The position numbers were made by a program, and so were the translations under genes. From positions 124,001-188,000 of the forward strand of contig NW_024055498.1 in NCBI RefSeq assembly GCF_902713615.1: a stretch of 64,000 nucleotides of DNA. Reading direction: 5' to 3'. Positions 14,200-26,819 of this stretch are shown here, in pieces. A model generated the notes under the pieces. That model saw only the letters and a list, made by a program, of their open reading frames with translations. It did no database searches and had not been told where the DNA came from. The stretch's first letter is position 1; each line of letters opens with the position of its first letter. Origin of the DNA: Scyliorhinus canicula. Taxonomy: Eukaryota.

Positions 14200-14560
14200 A
14201 CTTCACATATTACTTCCCTACCTGTATGAGTCATTCATTCAATCCCATCATCCAACACTTTCATACAGATTGTAAATGGTTGGGAGCCCAGCACTGATCC
14301 TGGTGACATTCTACTTGTCACATCTTACCCACCCAGAAATGGCCCATTTATACCTACTGGCTGCTTCCAATTCGCTAACCAATCCTCTATCCATGCTGAT
14401 ATGTTGCTCCTACACCATGAGCTCTTATTTTGTGGAATAACCTTTGATGTGGCACCTTGGGAAATACCTTCTGGAAATCCAGATAAAACACATCTGCAGG
14501 TTTTCCTTTATTGACATCCCTTGTTACCTCCTCAAAGTACCTTGATAAATTAGTCACGAT
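14200..14560 (-). mobile_element. CR1 RT fragment
   Basis: DVFYLDFQKVFPKVPHQRL motif. Confidence 0.8.
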
Positions 14561-15649
14561 TGAGTCCCTGAACCTCATTTTCAAACTATATATCAAAAGA
14601 AAAATCAAATCTTCTCTACCCCAGGAAAGTCGAACAAATTAATGTATTTTCTGGTTGAAAGTTTATTGACGAAACTGAACATGGTTAAAAAAATCGAACA
14701 GAGAATTACTTGAGGATCAAAGACAACCCGAGTAAAAGGATGTTCACAATGTTCTGGTACCCCGTTCCTGTGACTCCCCGCTTTGGACACAGGGGCACTG
14801 AACCCTGGGGTCGCATCACCATCAGCCACTATCACCCTTGATTAGTTGGAGATCCATTTCTCAAGCCAGGCCTCCAGCACCTTCCCCTCTCTATTTGTGT
14901 ACAGGCTCCTTTACTCTCAGCTAAATTCAGCCCTCAGCTCCATCACCTGACTGTCATTGACACGAGCAGTACAGACAGAAAGGTGCACAAGGGAAGTCAG
15001 AATTTGTGGATTAGAACCTCCATAAAGGTCAGCAACTTCTTTAAAAAAAATTGAATTCCCAGTCAACAAATTGAAGAATCACACAACGGGACTTCACGTT
15101 TTATCACTTTTAATGCAACAAACAAACTAGATGCTACTGTAACCTACCCACAGAACTTTGGTATTTTAAAATAATAATAATCTTTATTATTGTCACAAAT
15201 AGGTCGACATTAACACTGCAATGAAATTACTGTGAAAATCTCCTAGTCGCCACAGTCCGGTGCCTGTTCGGTTGCCCACAGGGAGGATTCAGGATGCCAA
15301 ATTCATCTAACAAGCACACCTTTTGGAACTTGTGGGAGGAAACCGGAGCATCTGGAGGAAACCCACGCAGACACGGGGAGAACGTGCAGACTCTGTACAA
15401 CAGTGACCCAAGTGGGAGTTGAACCTGGGACTCTGGTGGTGAAGCACCAGTGCTAACCACTGTGCTACCATACCAAAGTTACGCAATCTAAATTTGAACT
15501 GCACGATTATAGTTACTCTGCCCTGCAAGTCGAAACTGAATCTCAGAACCAGTCCAAAGTGATGATTCATTCCCCAGGATTTACTTCCGTTCTTTTCTTT
15601 TCAAGTCAGGCAGCCTTTAATCCCAGAATTGTCTTTCACAGTGAAAGAT

Positions 15650-17620
15650 TAGCCAGCTGCCAGAAAACCGAGAGTAGGCATAAATAGGCCATTTTCTGGT
15701 TGGCAAGGTGTAATGAGTGGTGTGTCACAGGGATCAGTGCTGGAGCCTCAACGTTTTACAATGACTTTGATGACAGTACCAAAGGTATGCTCACTTAGTT
15801 TGCTGATGATGCAGGCAAAAAGGAAAAGGAGGTGGTGTTGCTCGGATAATAAGGGACGACATCAGAACATTAGTAAGGGTGGATCTCAGATCAGGAATAC
15901 AAAACGTGGAATATGTTTGGGTGGAGACAAGAAACAGCATGGGGCAGGAAACATTGGTGAGAGCTGTTATAGGCCACCAAACAGTAGGGGTAGTGTGGGA
16001 CATGGTATTAATCGGAGATTAGAGAATAGGTAAAACATTATAGCATGGGTAAAATATTAAGGAGTGACTTCAATCTGCATAAAGACTGGGTTAACCTAAT
16101 GGACACTGATGCTGTGGAGGACACGTTTCTGGAATGTGTTAGGGACATTTATCTACAGCAGTAAGTTGAGGAACCAACTAGAGAACAGGTGCTTGTAGAT
16201 CTAATATTATGCATTAAAAAAGGGCTAATCGATAATCGTGCTGAAAAATAACCTTTCAGGATGAGTGACCAGAATATTGAATATGAGGTATTCCAATCTG
16301 AAGCCAAGGTATTAAGTTTGAAGGAAATTATGACGGTAGAAGGGACAAATTAGCAGAGGTGGATTGGAGTAAATACATTAAAAGGTGTGACAGTCCACAG
16401 GCAATGGATAGACTTTCAATAATTATCACACTTTACATTCCTTCAGAGCACAAAAACCCCAAAAGGTCAGAGAACCAGAGGAAGTGAAGTATTGTATAAG
16501 ATTGAAAGAAAAGGCCGACAAAGTTATCAGAAATAGGAATAAACCTGAGGATTGTGAGGATTTTAGAATACAGCAAAGGACTAAGTCACTGAGAAAGCGA
16601 GGGAGAATAGAATATGAATGTGAAACAGCAAATTACATTATAATGGACTGTAAAAATGTCTATAGGTACGTAAAAAGGAAACGTTTTGTCCATTCCAGAT
16701 AGTCAGGAGAATCTAGAATAAGGAATAGAGATCTCTACAGCCACCTCGTTCAACACTCTGGGATGTAGATCATCAGATTTTGGGGATTTATTCACTTCCA
16801 ACCCCATTAATTTCTCCAGGACTACTTTTTCACGAATTCTCATCTCTTCCTGTTCCTCGTGCTCACGAGTCCCTTGGTTTGCATGTGTTTTGGAGAAAGT
16901 TTTGCATCTTCATCCGTGAAGACAGACACACATTGCTCAGTTTCTCTGCCATTTCCTGACTCCCCATCATGAACTCTCCTGTCTCTGCCTGGAATGGACC
17001 CACATTTGTATTTGACAGTGTTTTCCTTTCCAAATACCTATAGAAGCTTTTCCAGTCGGTTTTTATGTTTCCCCCCAGTTTTCTCTCGTATTCTATTGCT
17101 CTTTATCAGTTTCTTGGCCCTCCTTCTCTGAATTCTAAACCATTTCCCAATCCGCAGGTTTACTAATATTTTGACCACGTTCTGAACCTCTTCCATTGAT
17201 CTAATGGAATATTTAACTTTTCTTGTTAGCCAAGGTTGCATCACTTTTCCTGTTGGATTTTCGTTCCTTAAAGGAATCTATATTTGTTGTAAAAATGTAA
17301 AATAAAATTCGCAAAGATCCCATAGGCTGCTCTCGCCTTTGACCGAGAGCTGACTGGAGGTGATTTAACCCGAGGTTCAGTACACCTCAGGCGAGGGGCC
17401 TGGTTGAGAAGGCCAGGCCTTCATGAATAAAGTCAGCCAGTACGGGAGTTGAATCCTCACTGTTGGCCTTGCTCTGCATCACAAACCAGCCGTCCAGCCA
17501 ACTGAGCTGACCAATCCCTGATAAATATGTAATAATTCCTTAAATATTAGGTATTCCCCGTACCAATCAGTCTCCCAGTCCACCTCAAACAACTTGCCCC
17601 TCGTAACCCTGATAGTTTTC
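15650..17620. mobile_element. CR1 fragments in both orientations (15650-16730 +; 16730-17620 -)
   Basis: SGVSQGSVLEP, VGESCYRPPNS, NVYRYVKRKR and PWLTRKVK motifs typical of CR1 ORF2. Confidence 0.75.
17315..17510 (-). mobile_element. tRNA-derived SINE with 'agctcagttggctggacggctggtttgtgatgcag' head
   Basis: A box AGCTCAGTTGG and B-box-like GGATTCAACTCC. A similar head occurs at 49085-49160 on a different tail. Confidence 0.65.
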
Positions 17621-18105
17621 TTCTGTGCGGAACACCCAGATAAATTAAACAAAAGAACCATGTAACAACCAGGGCCCATCTCCACGGCAATGCGGCATGC
17701 TTTGCGTGGTTCCAAACAGAAATGGAAACTAAATATCTCCACACTTCCAAACACCCTTTCACTCTGTGATCCTTGTGCAATTTGAAGCCAGGTATCAGTA
17801 ACAAGGTTCAAAGAGAATCAGCCAACTGGAGGCAAAGTGGTGAGACCGCCTAGTCCAGCAGAAAGAAACCCTCCGACCATCCCCACTGACCACCTGTCAG
17901 AATGAACAAAATGCTGTCCTGGGTGCAGAGCAGAAACAATCACAGCAGAATCCAACCCCTGTAATCAATTGTGAAATTTTTGGTGTCACAGCAGGTCTGA
18001 TGAAACATGTAATCCCGTCTCACATTGAGAGGTGGACGGTGTCTCCTCAGTGTGAACTCGCTGGTGTGTCCGCAGGGTGGATGAATGACTGAATCCATGA
18101 CCACA

Positions 18106-19140
18106 CTAAGAGCAGCTGAATGGTCTCTCCCCAGTGTGAATTTGCTGGTGCGACTGCAGGTTGAATAACCGAGTGAATCCCTTCCCGCACTGAGAGCATG
18201 AGAATGGCTTCTCCCCAGTGTGAACTTGCTGATGTCTCCGCAGGTTGGATGAATCACGGAACCCTTTCTCACACTGAGGGCAGGTGAATGGGCTCTCCCC
18301 AGTGTGAATTCGCTGGTGTGTCTGCAGGCTGGATAATTGAGTGAATCCCTTCCTACACTGAGGGCAGGTGAATGGCCTCTCCCCAGTGTGAACTCGCTGG
18401 TGTGTCTGCAGGTGAGATAACCGAGTGAATCTCTTCCCACATGGAGAGCAGGTGAATGGCCGCTCCCCAGTGTGAACTTGCTGGTGTCTCTGCAGGTGAG
18501 ATAACCGAGTGAATTCCTTGCCACACTGAGAGCAGGTGAACGGTCTCTCCCCAGTGTGAACTCGCTGGTGTGACTGCAGGTGTGATAACCGAGTGAATTC
18601 CTTCCCACACTGTAAGCAGGTGAATGGCCTCTCCCCAGTGTGAACTCGCTGGTGTGTCAGCAGGTGAGATAACTGAGTAAATCCATTCCCACAGTGAGAG
18701 CAGGTGAATGGCCTCTCCCCAGTGTGAACTCGCTGGTGTGTCTGCAGGGTGGATGACTGAGTGAATCCCTTCCCACACTGAGAACAGGTGAATGGCCTCT
18801 CCCCAGTGTGAACTCGCTGGTGTTTCTGCAGTTTGGATACTTCAGCAAATCCTTTCCCACACTGAGAGCAAATGAACGGCCTGTCCCCAGTGTGAACTCG
18901 CTGATGTCTCAATAGGAGGGAAGAATCACAGAATCCTTTCCCACACTGAGAGCAGTAAGGTGGCCTCTCCCCAGTGTGAACTCGCTGGTGTTTCTGCAGG
19001 TTGGATAACTGAGTAAATGCCTTCCCACACTGAGAGCAGGTGAACGGCCTCTCCCCAGTGTGACTGCGTCGATGAACCTCCAGCACAGATGGGACTCGGA
19101 ATCCCTTCCCACAGTCCCCACATTTCCATGGTTTCTCCAT
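18106..19140 (-). CDS. Tandem C2H2 zinc-finger protein, 12 intact fingers (MEKPWKC-type)
   Basis: ATG at 19140 ([14 protein letters not shown]), 12 fingers with TGERP linkers, TAG within the 13th finger. Confidence 0.85.
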   Translation of the reverse strand: MEKPWKCGDCGKGFRVPSVLEVHRRSHTGERPFTCSQCGKAFTQLSNLQKHQRVHTGERPPYCSQCGKGFCDSSLLLRHQRVHTGDRPFICSQCGKGFAEVSKLQKHQRVHTGERPFTCSQCGKGFTQSSTLQTHQRVHTGERPFTCSHCGNGFTQLSHLLTHQRVHTGERPFTCLQCGKEFTRLSHLQSHQRVHTGERPFTCSQCGKEFTRLSHLQRHQQVHTGERPFTCSPCGKRFTRLSHLQTHQRVHTGERPFTCPQCRKGFTQLSSLQTHQRIHTGESPFTCPQCEKGFRDSSNLRRHQQVHTGEKPFSCSQCGKGFTRLFNLQSHQQIHTGERPFSCS

Positions 19141-20094
19141 GTTTTGGGTCTCCTCGTGTCTCTCCAGGTTGGACAATCAGTTGAAGCCTCTTCCACATAC
19201 ACAGTACGGGTATGGTCTCTCTCCGCTATGAATGGTGTGATGTTCTTCACACCATGTAATTGGTTGAAGCTCTTTCCACAGTTAGTTCACTGGTGAAGCT
19301 CTTTCCACAGTTAGTTCACTGAAACTCTCTTACTTGGGTGTGTGTTGTGTGGGTCTCGGTGCTTTTCCAGTAACACTGATGTTTGAAATCTTTAGCTGAC
19401 AGTTTGGACAAATAGTCCTTCTTGATTCAAAGGCCAATGATATTCAGGTTCCAATAAAAGTACTGACTGTCAGAACGAGACGCAACATTTGAGATTTCTG
19501 TCTGTAATTCCTCATCTAATATCCTGTGAAAACAATTGACAAAATTCATCACAGTCAGTACAGGATAAAAACTTAGAACAGACAATTCTAGTTTCTATGT
19601 CATATTTTTTCCTCTCTCTTATTCCCCAAAAGCTCTAAATCTCCATCCCACACCTTCCTTCCCTTCTCTTTTTAAAAATAAATTTAGAGTTCCCAATTCA
19701 TTTTTTTTCCAATTAAGGGGCAATTTAGCATAGCCAAACCACCTACTGTGCACATTTTTGGGTTGTGGGGGCAAAACCCACTCAAACATGGGGAGAATAT
19801 GCAAATTCCACACACCCAGAGCCGGGATGGGACCTTGGCACTGTAAAGCTGCAGTGCCAACCACTGCACCACTGTGCAGCCTCTCCCCCTGTTGTATCAA
19901 ATAATAAGAATATTTACTGTTGTCACAAGTAGGCTTACATTAACGCTGCAATGAAGTTACTGTGAAAATCCCCTCGTCGCCACAGTACGGCGCTATTGAC
20001 CCTCCCTATTCTCCTGAAGATGCTGATTCAGGCTGATTGTCAGATCCATGCTCACAGCTTCCTGTCCAGGAGGTCACAACAAATATGAGCTGCA

Positions 20095-20340
20095 ACCAAA
20101 GAGAAAATACTGGAAAATCTCAGCAGGTCTGGCAGCTTCTGTAGGGAGAGAAAAGAGCTAATGCTTGGAGTACAGATGACCCTTAGTCAAAGCTAAAAGA
20201 CAGAGATAGTAGTAAAGATTTATGCATGAAAGATGACTCCATTCTCACTCCACAGTATAAAGAAGCTGACAGACCTGAACATTTATCCACATTTTGTCTT
20301 TACTTCCGATTTCCAGCATCCGCAGTATTTTGCTCTAATT
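20095..20340. mobile_element. Two inverted Penelope-like (family 2) 3'-end fragments
   Basis: 'gaaaatactggaaaatctcagcaggtctggcagc...gatgacccttagtcaaagct' and inverted 'gatttccagcatccgcagtattttgct'. Homologous to 20942-21065 and 49995-50093. Confidence 0.6.
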
Positions 20341-20419
20341 TGAACCTTCAGACCTCCTCCCACCCAGTCAGCTCCGTGGAATGTCCTCCAGCTGTTTTGT
20401 TTGGATTGTTGTCACCATC

Positions 20420-20900
20420 CGGGTCACTGGGAACCTGAGGCACCGCCCACTCGTCCGGCCGAATCCGCGCATGCGCTACGCTGCCCGCAGAAACAAGATG
20501 GCGGCCGTTAGCCCGGGCCTGTTCCCGGGAAAAAGCCCTGGAACAGAAAGCATCTGACGTGCAGGCTTCTGACGGGGCTTGCAACCTGCACCAGGTGTTT
20601 ATGAAATCTGGGCTCCCTCCCCACCCCACCTTCCGGCTCTATTCCTCTCTCCGCCCCAGCGACCCTCACCTGCCGAAAAAAGCCTCTCCCGCACTCGCAG
20701 GACTCGGAGCAAAGTGAAACTGCGCATGCTCTAGATACAACATTGCTCCTGCGTACTGGGCTCCTGGGGAGTGATCAGGGCAGATTCACAAACGCTGGGT
20801 ATGTTGGGTAATAACAGCACCATTGAAACTCCAGATAGGCAGTAGAAGATGTATTTTGTTACATCGTTGAGATAAAACACAAATTCGTGTAAATGGGTGT
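20420..20900 (-). promoter_or_regulatory. CpG promoter / first-exon cassette type A for the 19140 ZNF
   Basis: GCGCATGCGC at 20467-20476, YY1-like AAGATGGCGGC at 20495-20505, TGCGCATGC at ~20721 and an SBS-like block at ~20790-20825. Homologous to 32400-32900 and 49550-49985. Confidence 0.65.
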
Positions 20901-21467
20901 TGTGTTATGCTCTATATCCCAAAGTGATTTAAATGGCTGTTCTAAACAAAAGCAAATTGCTGTGGATGCTGGAATCTGAAACAAAGAGAAAATGTTGGAA
21001 AAGTTCAAAAGGTCTGGCAGCATTTGTAAGGAGAAAAAAGAGCCCAGATGCCCCTTTGTCAAAGCGAAAAGCCGTTGAAAGTGGAAGATATTTAACTGTA
21101 GGGTGAGGAAATGAAAGATGAGTCATAACCACAGAAACCAAGGGAAAAGAGTGCTAAAATGTTCAGGTTAAGTGGATTGGTTATGCTAAATTGCCCCTTT
21201 GTGTCCAAAATGTTCGTCGGCTTATGGGGATAGGTTGGAGGCATGGGCTTAATTAGGGTGGTCTTTACAAAGGCTGGTGCAGACTCGATGCACCGAATAG
21301 CCTTCTCCTGCACTGCTAATTCTATGAAAATGGCAGTCCCCAGAGAAAATAAAAGGGCAAATAGCAGAGAAACTAAAATCGGAGAGTATGTTGTGACAGA
21401 TGTAGATGTTGAGGGAAGGGGAGACACGACAGGGAGAGAAGTAAAATGAGGTGAAGGGGGGAAGAAT

Positions 21468-21705
21468 TGGATTGGATTTGTTTATTGTCACGCGTACTGA
21501 CGTACAGTGAAAAGTATTTTTCTGCAAGCAGCTCAACAGATCATTAAGTACATGAAAAGAAAAGAAATAAAAGAAAATACATAATAGGGCAACACAAGGT
21601 AAATAATGTAACTAAATAAGCACCGGCATCAGATGAAGCATTCAGGGGTGTTGTGTTACTGAGGTCAGTCCATAAGAGGGTCCTTTAGGAATCTGGTAAC
21701 AGTGG
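21468..21705 (-). mobile_element. 5'-truncated Rex1/Babar 3' end
   Basis: Near-identical to the tail at 23377-23630, ending in (ccaat)n-like repeats. Confidence 0.75.
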
Positions 21706-21880
21706 GAGAGGGGGGGATCAGATAGGGGGAAATATATATAAAGACAAAGAAATAAAAGGTAAAAGGCAATTAAAATGAAATGGAATGAAAACAAAGGGGT
21801 CGAGGTGGGTGAGAGCGAATCATCTGAAGTTGTTGAATTCAATGTAGAGATCGGAAGGCTGTAGCATGTCTAACCAGAAG

Positions 21881-22095
21881 ATAGAACATAGAACAAAGAA
21901 CAGTACAGCACAGAACAGGCCCTTCGGCCCTCGATGTTGCGCCGAGCCATGATCACCCTACTCAAACCCACGTATCCACCCTATACCCGTAACCCAACAA
22001 CCCCCCCCCCCCCCCCCCGCCCCTTAACCTTACTTTTTAGGACACTACGGGCAATTTAGCATGGCCAATCCACCTAACCCGCACATCTTTGGACT
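21881..22095 (-). mobile_element. 5'-truncated HE1-like V-SINE
   Basis: Near-identical to 606-815. Confidence 0.85.
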
Positions 22096-25000
22096 GATGA
22101 GATGCTGTTCATCCAGTTTGCGTTGAGCGTCACTGGAATATTGCAGCAGGCCAAGGACAGATAGGTGGGCATAGGAACAGGGTCTTGTGTTAAAATGGCA
22201 ATCAACAGAAAGGTCAGGGACCTGAATGCGCACAGACCGAAGGTCTACATTTGGTTTCTCTGATATAGAGGAGACCACATTGGGAGCAGTGAATGCAGTA
22301 GAGCAAATTGAAAGAGGTGCATGTGAAACGCTGCTTAAACCTGGAATGAATGTTTTGGGCCTGGGATGTTAATCATGGAAGAGGTAAAAGGACAGGTGTT
22401 GCACCTTCTGCGATTGCATGGGAAGATGCCATGGGTGATGGGAGAGGTGTTGGGTATGATGGAGGAGTGGACTAGTTTATCTTGGAGGGAATGGTCTTTG
22501 TGGAATGATGACAGAGGGAGTGAAAGGAAGATGTGTTTGGTGGTGACATCACGTTGACGTTGGTGAAAATGGCAAAGGATTATGCTTTGCATACGGAGGC
22601 TGGTGGTGAGAAATGTGAGAATGAGAGGGATTCTAGCCTTGTCCTTGGAAGGAAATGAAATGAAAATCGCTTATTGTCACAAGTAGGCTTCAAATGAAGT
22701 TACTGTGAAAAGCCCCTAGTCGCCACATTCCGGCGCCTGTTCGGGGAGGCTGATACAGGAATCGAACCGTGCTGCTAGCCTGCCTTGGTCTGCTTTCAAA
22801 GCCAGCGATTTAGCCCTGTGCTAAACAGGGGACGGGGCGAGGGTAGTGGTGTGGGAGATGGACCGCACAGTGTTAACGGCCCTGTCAACAGCTGTAGATG
22901 ATAAATCATGGTTGAGGATGAAGGAACACATTTGAAACACCACTTTGGTAAATGGCATAATCGGAACAAATGCGACGGAGGCGGAGGAGCTGAGAGAAAG
23001 GGAGGGAGTCCTTACAGGGTGTAGGGTGCGAAGATAGCTGTGGGAGTCAGTGGGATTGTGATAGATATTAGTAGACAGTCTATTGCCGGAAATGGAGCCA
23101 ACAAGGCAAAGGAAGAGGAGGGGAGGAGTCTGAGATGGACCAGGTCACAGTGATGAAGGGGTGGAAATTGGAAGCGAAGTTCATGAATTTTTGCAGTTCC
23201 GGACGAGAGCATTGAAGCAGCACCAATAGTCATCGGTTGTGGGAGGGGACCCGGGTAGGCCTGGAATAAGGAATGTTCCATATACCCCATAAAAAAGCAA
23301 GCATAGCTAGGACCCATGTGGGTACCCACTGCTACCTTCGATTTGGAGAAAGTAGGATGAATTAAAGGAGAAGTTGGATTGGATTTATTTATTGTCACAT
23401 GTACCGAGGTACAGTGAAAAATATTTTTCTGCAAGCAGCTCAACAGATCATTAAGTACATGGGAAGAAAAGGGAAATAAACAAAATTCAAGCAAATAGAA
23501 GAAAATACATAATAGGGCAACACAAGATATACAATGTAACTACATAAGCATTGGCATTGGATGAAGCATACAGGGTGTTAATTAGGTCAGTCAATAAGAG
23601 GGTCATTTAGGAGTCTGGTGACAGTGGGGAAGAAGCTGTTTTTGAGTCTGTTCGTGCGTGTTCTCAGACTTCTGTATCTCCTGCCCGATGGAAGAAGTTG
23701 GAAGAGTGAGTAGGCCGGGTGGCAGGGATCCTTGATTATGCTGCCCGCTTTCCCAGGCAGTGGGAGGTGTAGATGGAGTCCATGGATGAGAGGCAGGTTC
23801 GTGTGATGGACTGGGCGCTATTCACAACTCTATGAAGTTCCTTGCGGTCCTGGGCCGAGCAGTTGCCATACCAGGCTGTGATGCAGCCCGATAGGATGCT
23901 TTCTATGGATCATCTGTAAAAAATTGTTAAGGGTTAATGTGGACATGCCGAATTTCCTTAGTTTCCTGAGGAAGTATAGACGCTATTGTGCTTTCTTGGT
24001 GATAGCATCGCCGTGAGTGGACCAGGACAGATTTTTGGTGATTTGCACCCCTAGGAATTTGAAACTGCTAACCATCTCCACCTCGGCCCAGTTGATGCTG
24101 ACAGGGGGCACTTTGCTTCCTGAAGTCAATGACCAGCTCTTTACGTTTGCCGGCATTGTTGGAGAGATTGTTGTTGTTACACCACTCCACTAGGTTCTCT
24201 ATCTCCCTCCTGTATTCCGACTCGTCGTTATTCGAGATCCAGCCCACTATGGTCGTATCGTCAGCGAACTTGTAGAAGGAGTTGGAACCAAGTTTTACTA
24301 CACAGTCGTGTGTGTACAGGGAGTAGAATAGGGGGCTAAGTACGCAGCCTTGTGGGGCACCGGTATTGAGGACTATTGTGGAGGAGGTGTTGGTGTTCAT
24401 TCTTACTGACTGTGGTCTGTTGGTCAGAAAGTCAAGGATCCAGTTGCAGAATGGAGAGCCAAGTCCTAGGTTTTGGAGCTTTGATATGAGCTTGACTGGG
24501 ATTATGGTGTTGAAGGTGGAGCTGTCGTCAATAAATAGGAGTCTGATGTAGGAGTCCTTGTTTCCGAGATGTTCTGGGGATGAGTGCAGGGCCAGGGAAA
24601 TGGCATCTGATGTGGACCCGTTGCAGCGGTATGCGAACTGAAGTGGATCAAGGTGTTCGGGGCGTATGGAGGTGATGCGCTTCATGATCAGCCTCTCGAA
24701 GCACTTAATTACGACTGAAGTCAGGGCCACCTGGCGGTAGTCATTCAGGCACGTTGCCTGGTTCTTCTTTGGTACCGGTATGATTGTGGTCTTCTTGAAG
24801 CAGGTGGGGACCTCGGAGTGGAGTAGGGACAGGTTAAAGATGTCTGTGAATACCTCTGCCAGCTGGTATGCGCAGGCTCTGAGTGCACGACCAGGGATCC
24901 CATCCTGGCCCGTCACCTTCCACGGTTTCACTTTCAGGAAGGCCGATCGGACTTCGGAAGCTGTGATGGTGGGTATGGATGAATTATGGGCTGCTGGAGC

Positions 25001-26107
25001 ACTCGACAGCAGAATGTTGGTTACATGCTTGATCCGAGCATAGAACGCATTAAGTTCATCGGGGAGGGGTGCGCTGCTGCCAGAGATACTGCTTGGCTTC
25101 ACTTTGTAGCCCGTTATGTTGTTTAGTCCTTGCCACAAACACTGAGAGTCTGTCTGTGACTCTAGCTTAGTTTGATATTCTCTCTTGGCATCTCAGATGG
25201 GTTTGCGGAGGTCGTACCTGGATTTCCTGTATAGGTCAGGGTCATCTGCCTTGAACGCCTCAGATCTGTCCTTCAGTAGGGAGTCAATCTCGTGGTTGAG
25301 CCATGGTTTCTGGTTGGGGAACGTACGTACTGCCTTCTTTGGCACGCAGTCGTCCACACATTTGCCGATGAAGTCTGTGACGGTGGTGGCATACTCTTTA
25401 AGTCGCTGAGTTCTTAAATATGGACCAGTCCACTGTCTCTAAGCAGTCACGTAAGAGCTCTTCTGTCTCCTCGGACCAGCACTGCCAACCTTCTTAGCTG
25501 GATTCTCCCACTTGAGTTTCTGCTTGTAAGCCGGGAGAAGGAGCACTGTCTTATGGTCTGATTTCCCAAAGTGCGGTCAGGGGATGGGACGGTAGGCGCC
25601 CTCGATTTTTGAGTAGCAGTGGTCAAGAGTGCTGTCGCCCCTGGTGGGACAGGAGATGTGCTGGTGGAATTTTGGCAGTACGCTCTTGAGGTTGGCTTTG
25701 TTGAAGTCTCCGGCCACGATGAACAATGCTTCCGGGTGTTCTGTTTCGTCATTGTTTACAACTGTGTATGGTTCATCCAGCACCTTCCTCACTTCTGCCT
25801 GGGGTGGGATGTAGACCGCTGAGATAATGGCTGAAGTGAACTCACGTGGAAGATAGTATGAGCGGCACTTCACGGTCAGGTATTCCAGGTCTGGGGAGCA
25901 GTAGGTCACCAGGGTCACCACATCCAAGCACCAGGAGGAGTTGATGAGGAGGCAAACCCCTCCACCCTTCGCTTTGCCTGAAGATGCCGAGCCGTCCGCC
26001 TGGTGAATAGAGAAGCCTTCAGGTTGTATGGCACAGTCCAGTGAGGCGGGGGTGAGCCATGTCTCTGTGAAACAGAGCACACAGCAGTCTCTTACATCCC
26101 TCTGAGA

Positions 26108-26236
26108 TTCACCTGAGGAAGGAGCTGCGCTCCGAAAGCTCGTGTTTGAATCAAACCTGTTGGACTTTAACCTGGTGTTGTAAGACTTCTTACTGTGCTC
26201 ACCCCAGTCCAACGCCGGCATCTCCACATCATGGCT
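26108..26236 (+). mobile_element. 129-bp Penelope-pLTR-derived insertion carrying a hammerhead
   Basis: Flanked by TCCCTCTGAGA at 26097-26107 and 26237-26247. Matches 35604-35727. Confidence 0.85.
26110..26144 (+). ncRNA. Minimal type I hammerhead ribozyme
   Basis: CAC-CUGAGGA-A-GGAGC(UGC)GCUCC-GAA-AGCU-C-GUG: full core, 5-bp stem II, CUC cleavage triplet. Confidence 0.8.
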
Positions 26237-26819
26237 TCCCTCTGAGAGGTAAGTCTGGCGTTAAGTTCATCCAGCTTGTTTTCAATCGCTTCGCCGTTTG
26301 CCAGGAGTATGCTGGGGAGAGGGGTCTTGAAACCGCGTTGCTTCAGTCTAACCTGCAGACCGCCGCGTTTCCCTCGCTTCCTCGGTCAAGTTGTTGAGCA
26401 ATAGAACGAGTTCAGCCAGGCAGACTAGAGCGGTGGTGAATGGGAATTGTCCAGGCCTCTTTTATTCAAGTATTGTATAATTTTTTGTTTAAGTATTTAT
26501 TTCAAGTATTCCATATTTTTTTTAACCACCCTGTAAACCTGTCCACCAATGGACATGCACTTCCTCGGGTCCTACCATTGATGATTTATTCCCTTGCCTT
26601 GTTTGCAGATTCTTTACCCAGCGTGAAACCACAGGTTGACCGTGTGCTGTGTAAAACCGGACATTCCACAGGCCCCATTTTCCTGGAACAAAATGAAGAA
26701 GCTGCTGCTTTCCAGATCCTTTCATTTCCTCTCATCTGTTTAAAGCCACAAACAGAAAGGTCCAGTTTTCTCCTGGAGTTTGAGACAAATCAGCTTCAAA
26801 ATGATGCAGAGTTTCAGCC

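Larger units (their letters stand above)
23377..26387 (-). mobile_element. Rex1/Babar non-LTR retrotransposon (APE-RT), nearly full ORF but broken
   Basis: RGKRGGLQV...PLPSILLAN, DCCVLCFTETW, AVYIPP, IVAGDFN (APE); GAPQGCVLSP and KFADD (RT, ORF 24068-25138). Candidate TSD AAGTTG at 23371-23376 and 26388-26393. Confidence 0.9.
20942..26450 (-). mobile_element. Penelope-like element (family 2), RT + GIY-YIG, host to nested inserts
   Basis: LAELVLLLNNFSFNSS (joined across the Rex1 insert), AVGTHMGPSYA, and FPCNRRRCNTC...HSFQVKQRFTC...YCIHCSQCGLLYI. Confidence 0.8.

Noticed and set aside
14560-15165. Unassigned sequence, possibly an LTR/ERV relic (also 56470-57170)
   Set aside because: No termini, TSD or protein motif that I could support by eye.
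17940-18860. Alternative-frame ORFs over finger arrays (…[16 protein letters not shown]…)
   Set aside because: Shadow frames of the 84-bp finger repeat.
19177-19179. Selenocysteine recoding of the shared TGA
   Set aside because: The position is a helix residue (Arg/Gln/Ser in paralogues) rather than a Cys ligand, upstream frames are broken, and no SECIS was identified.
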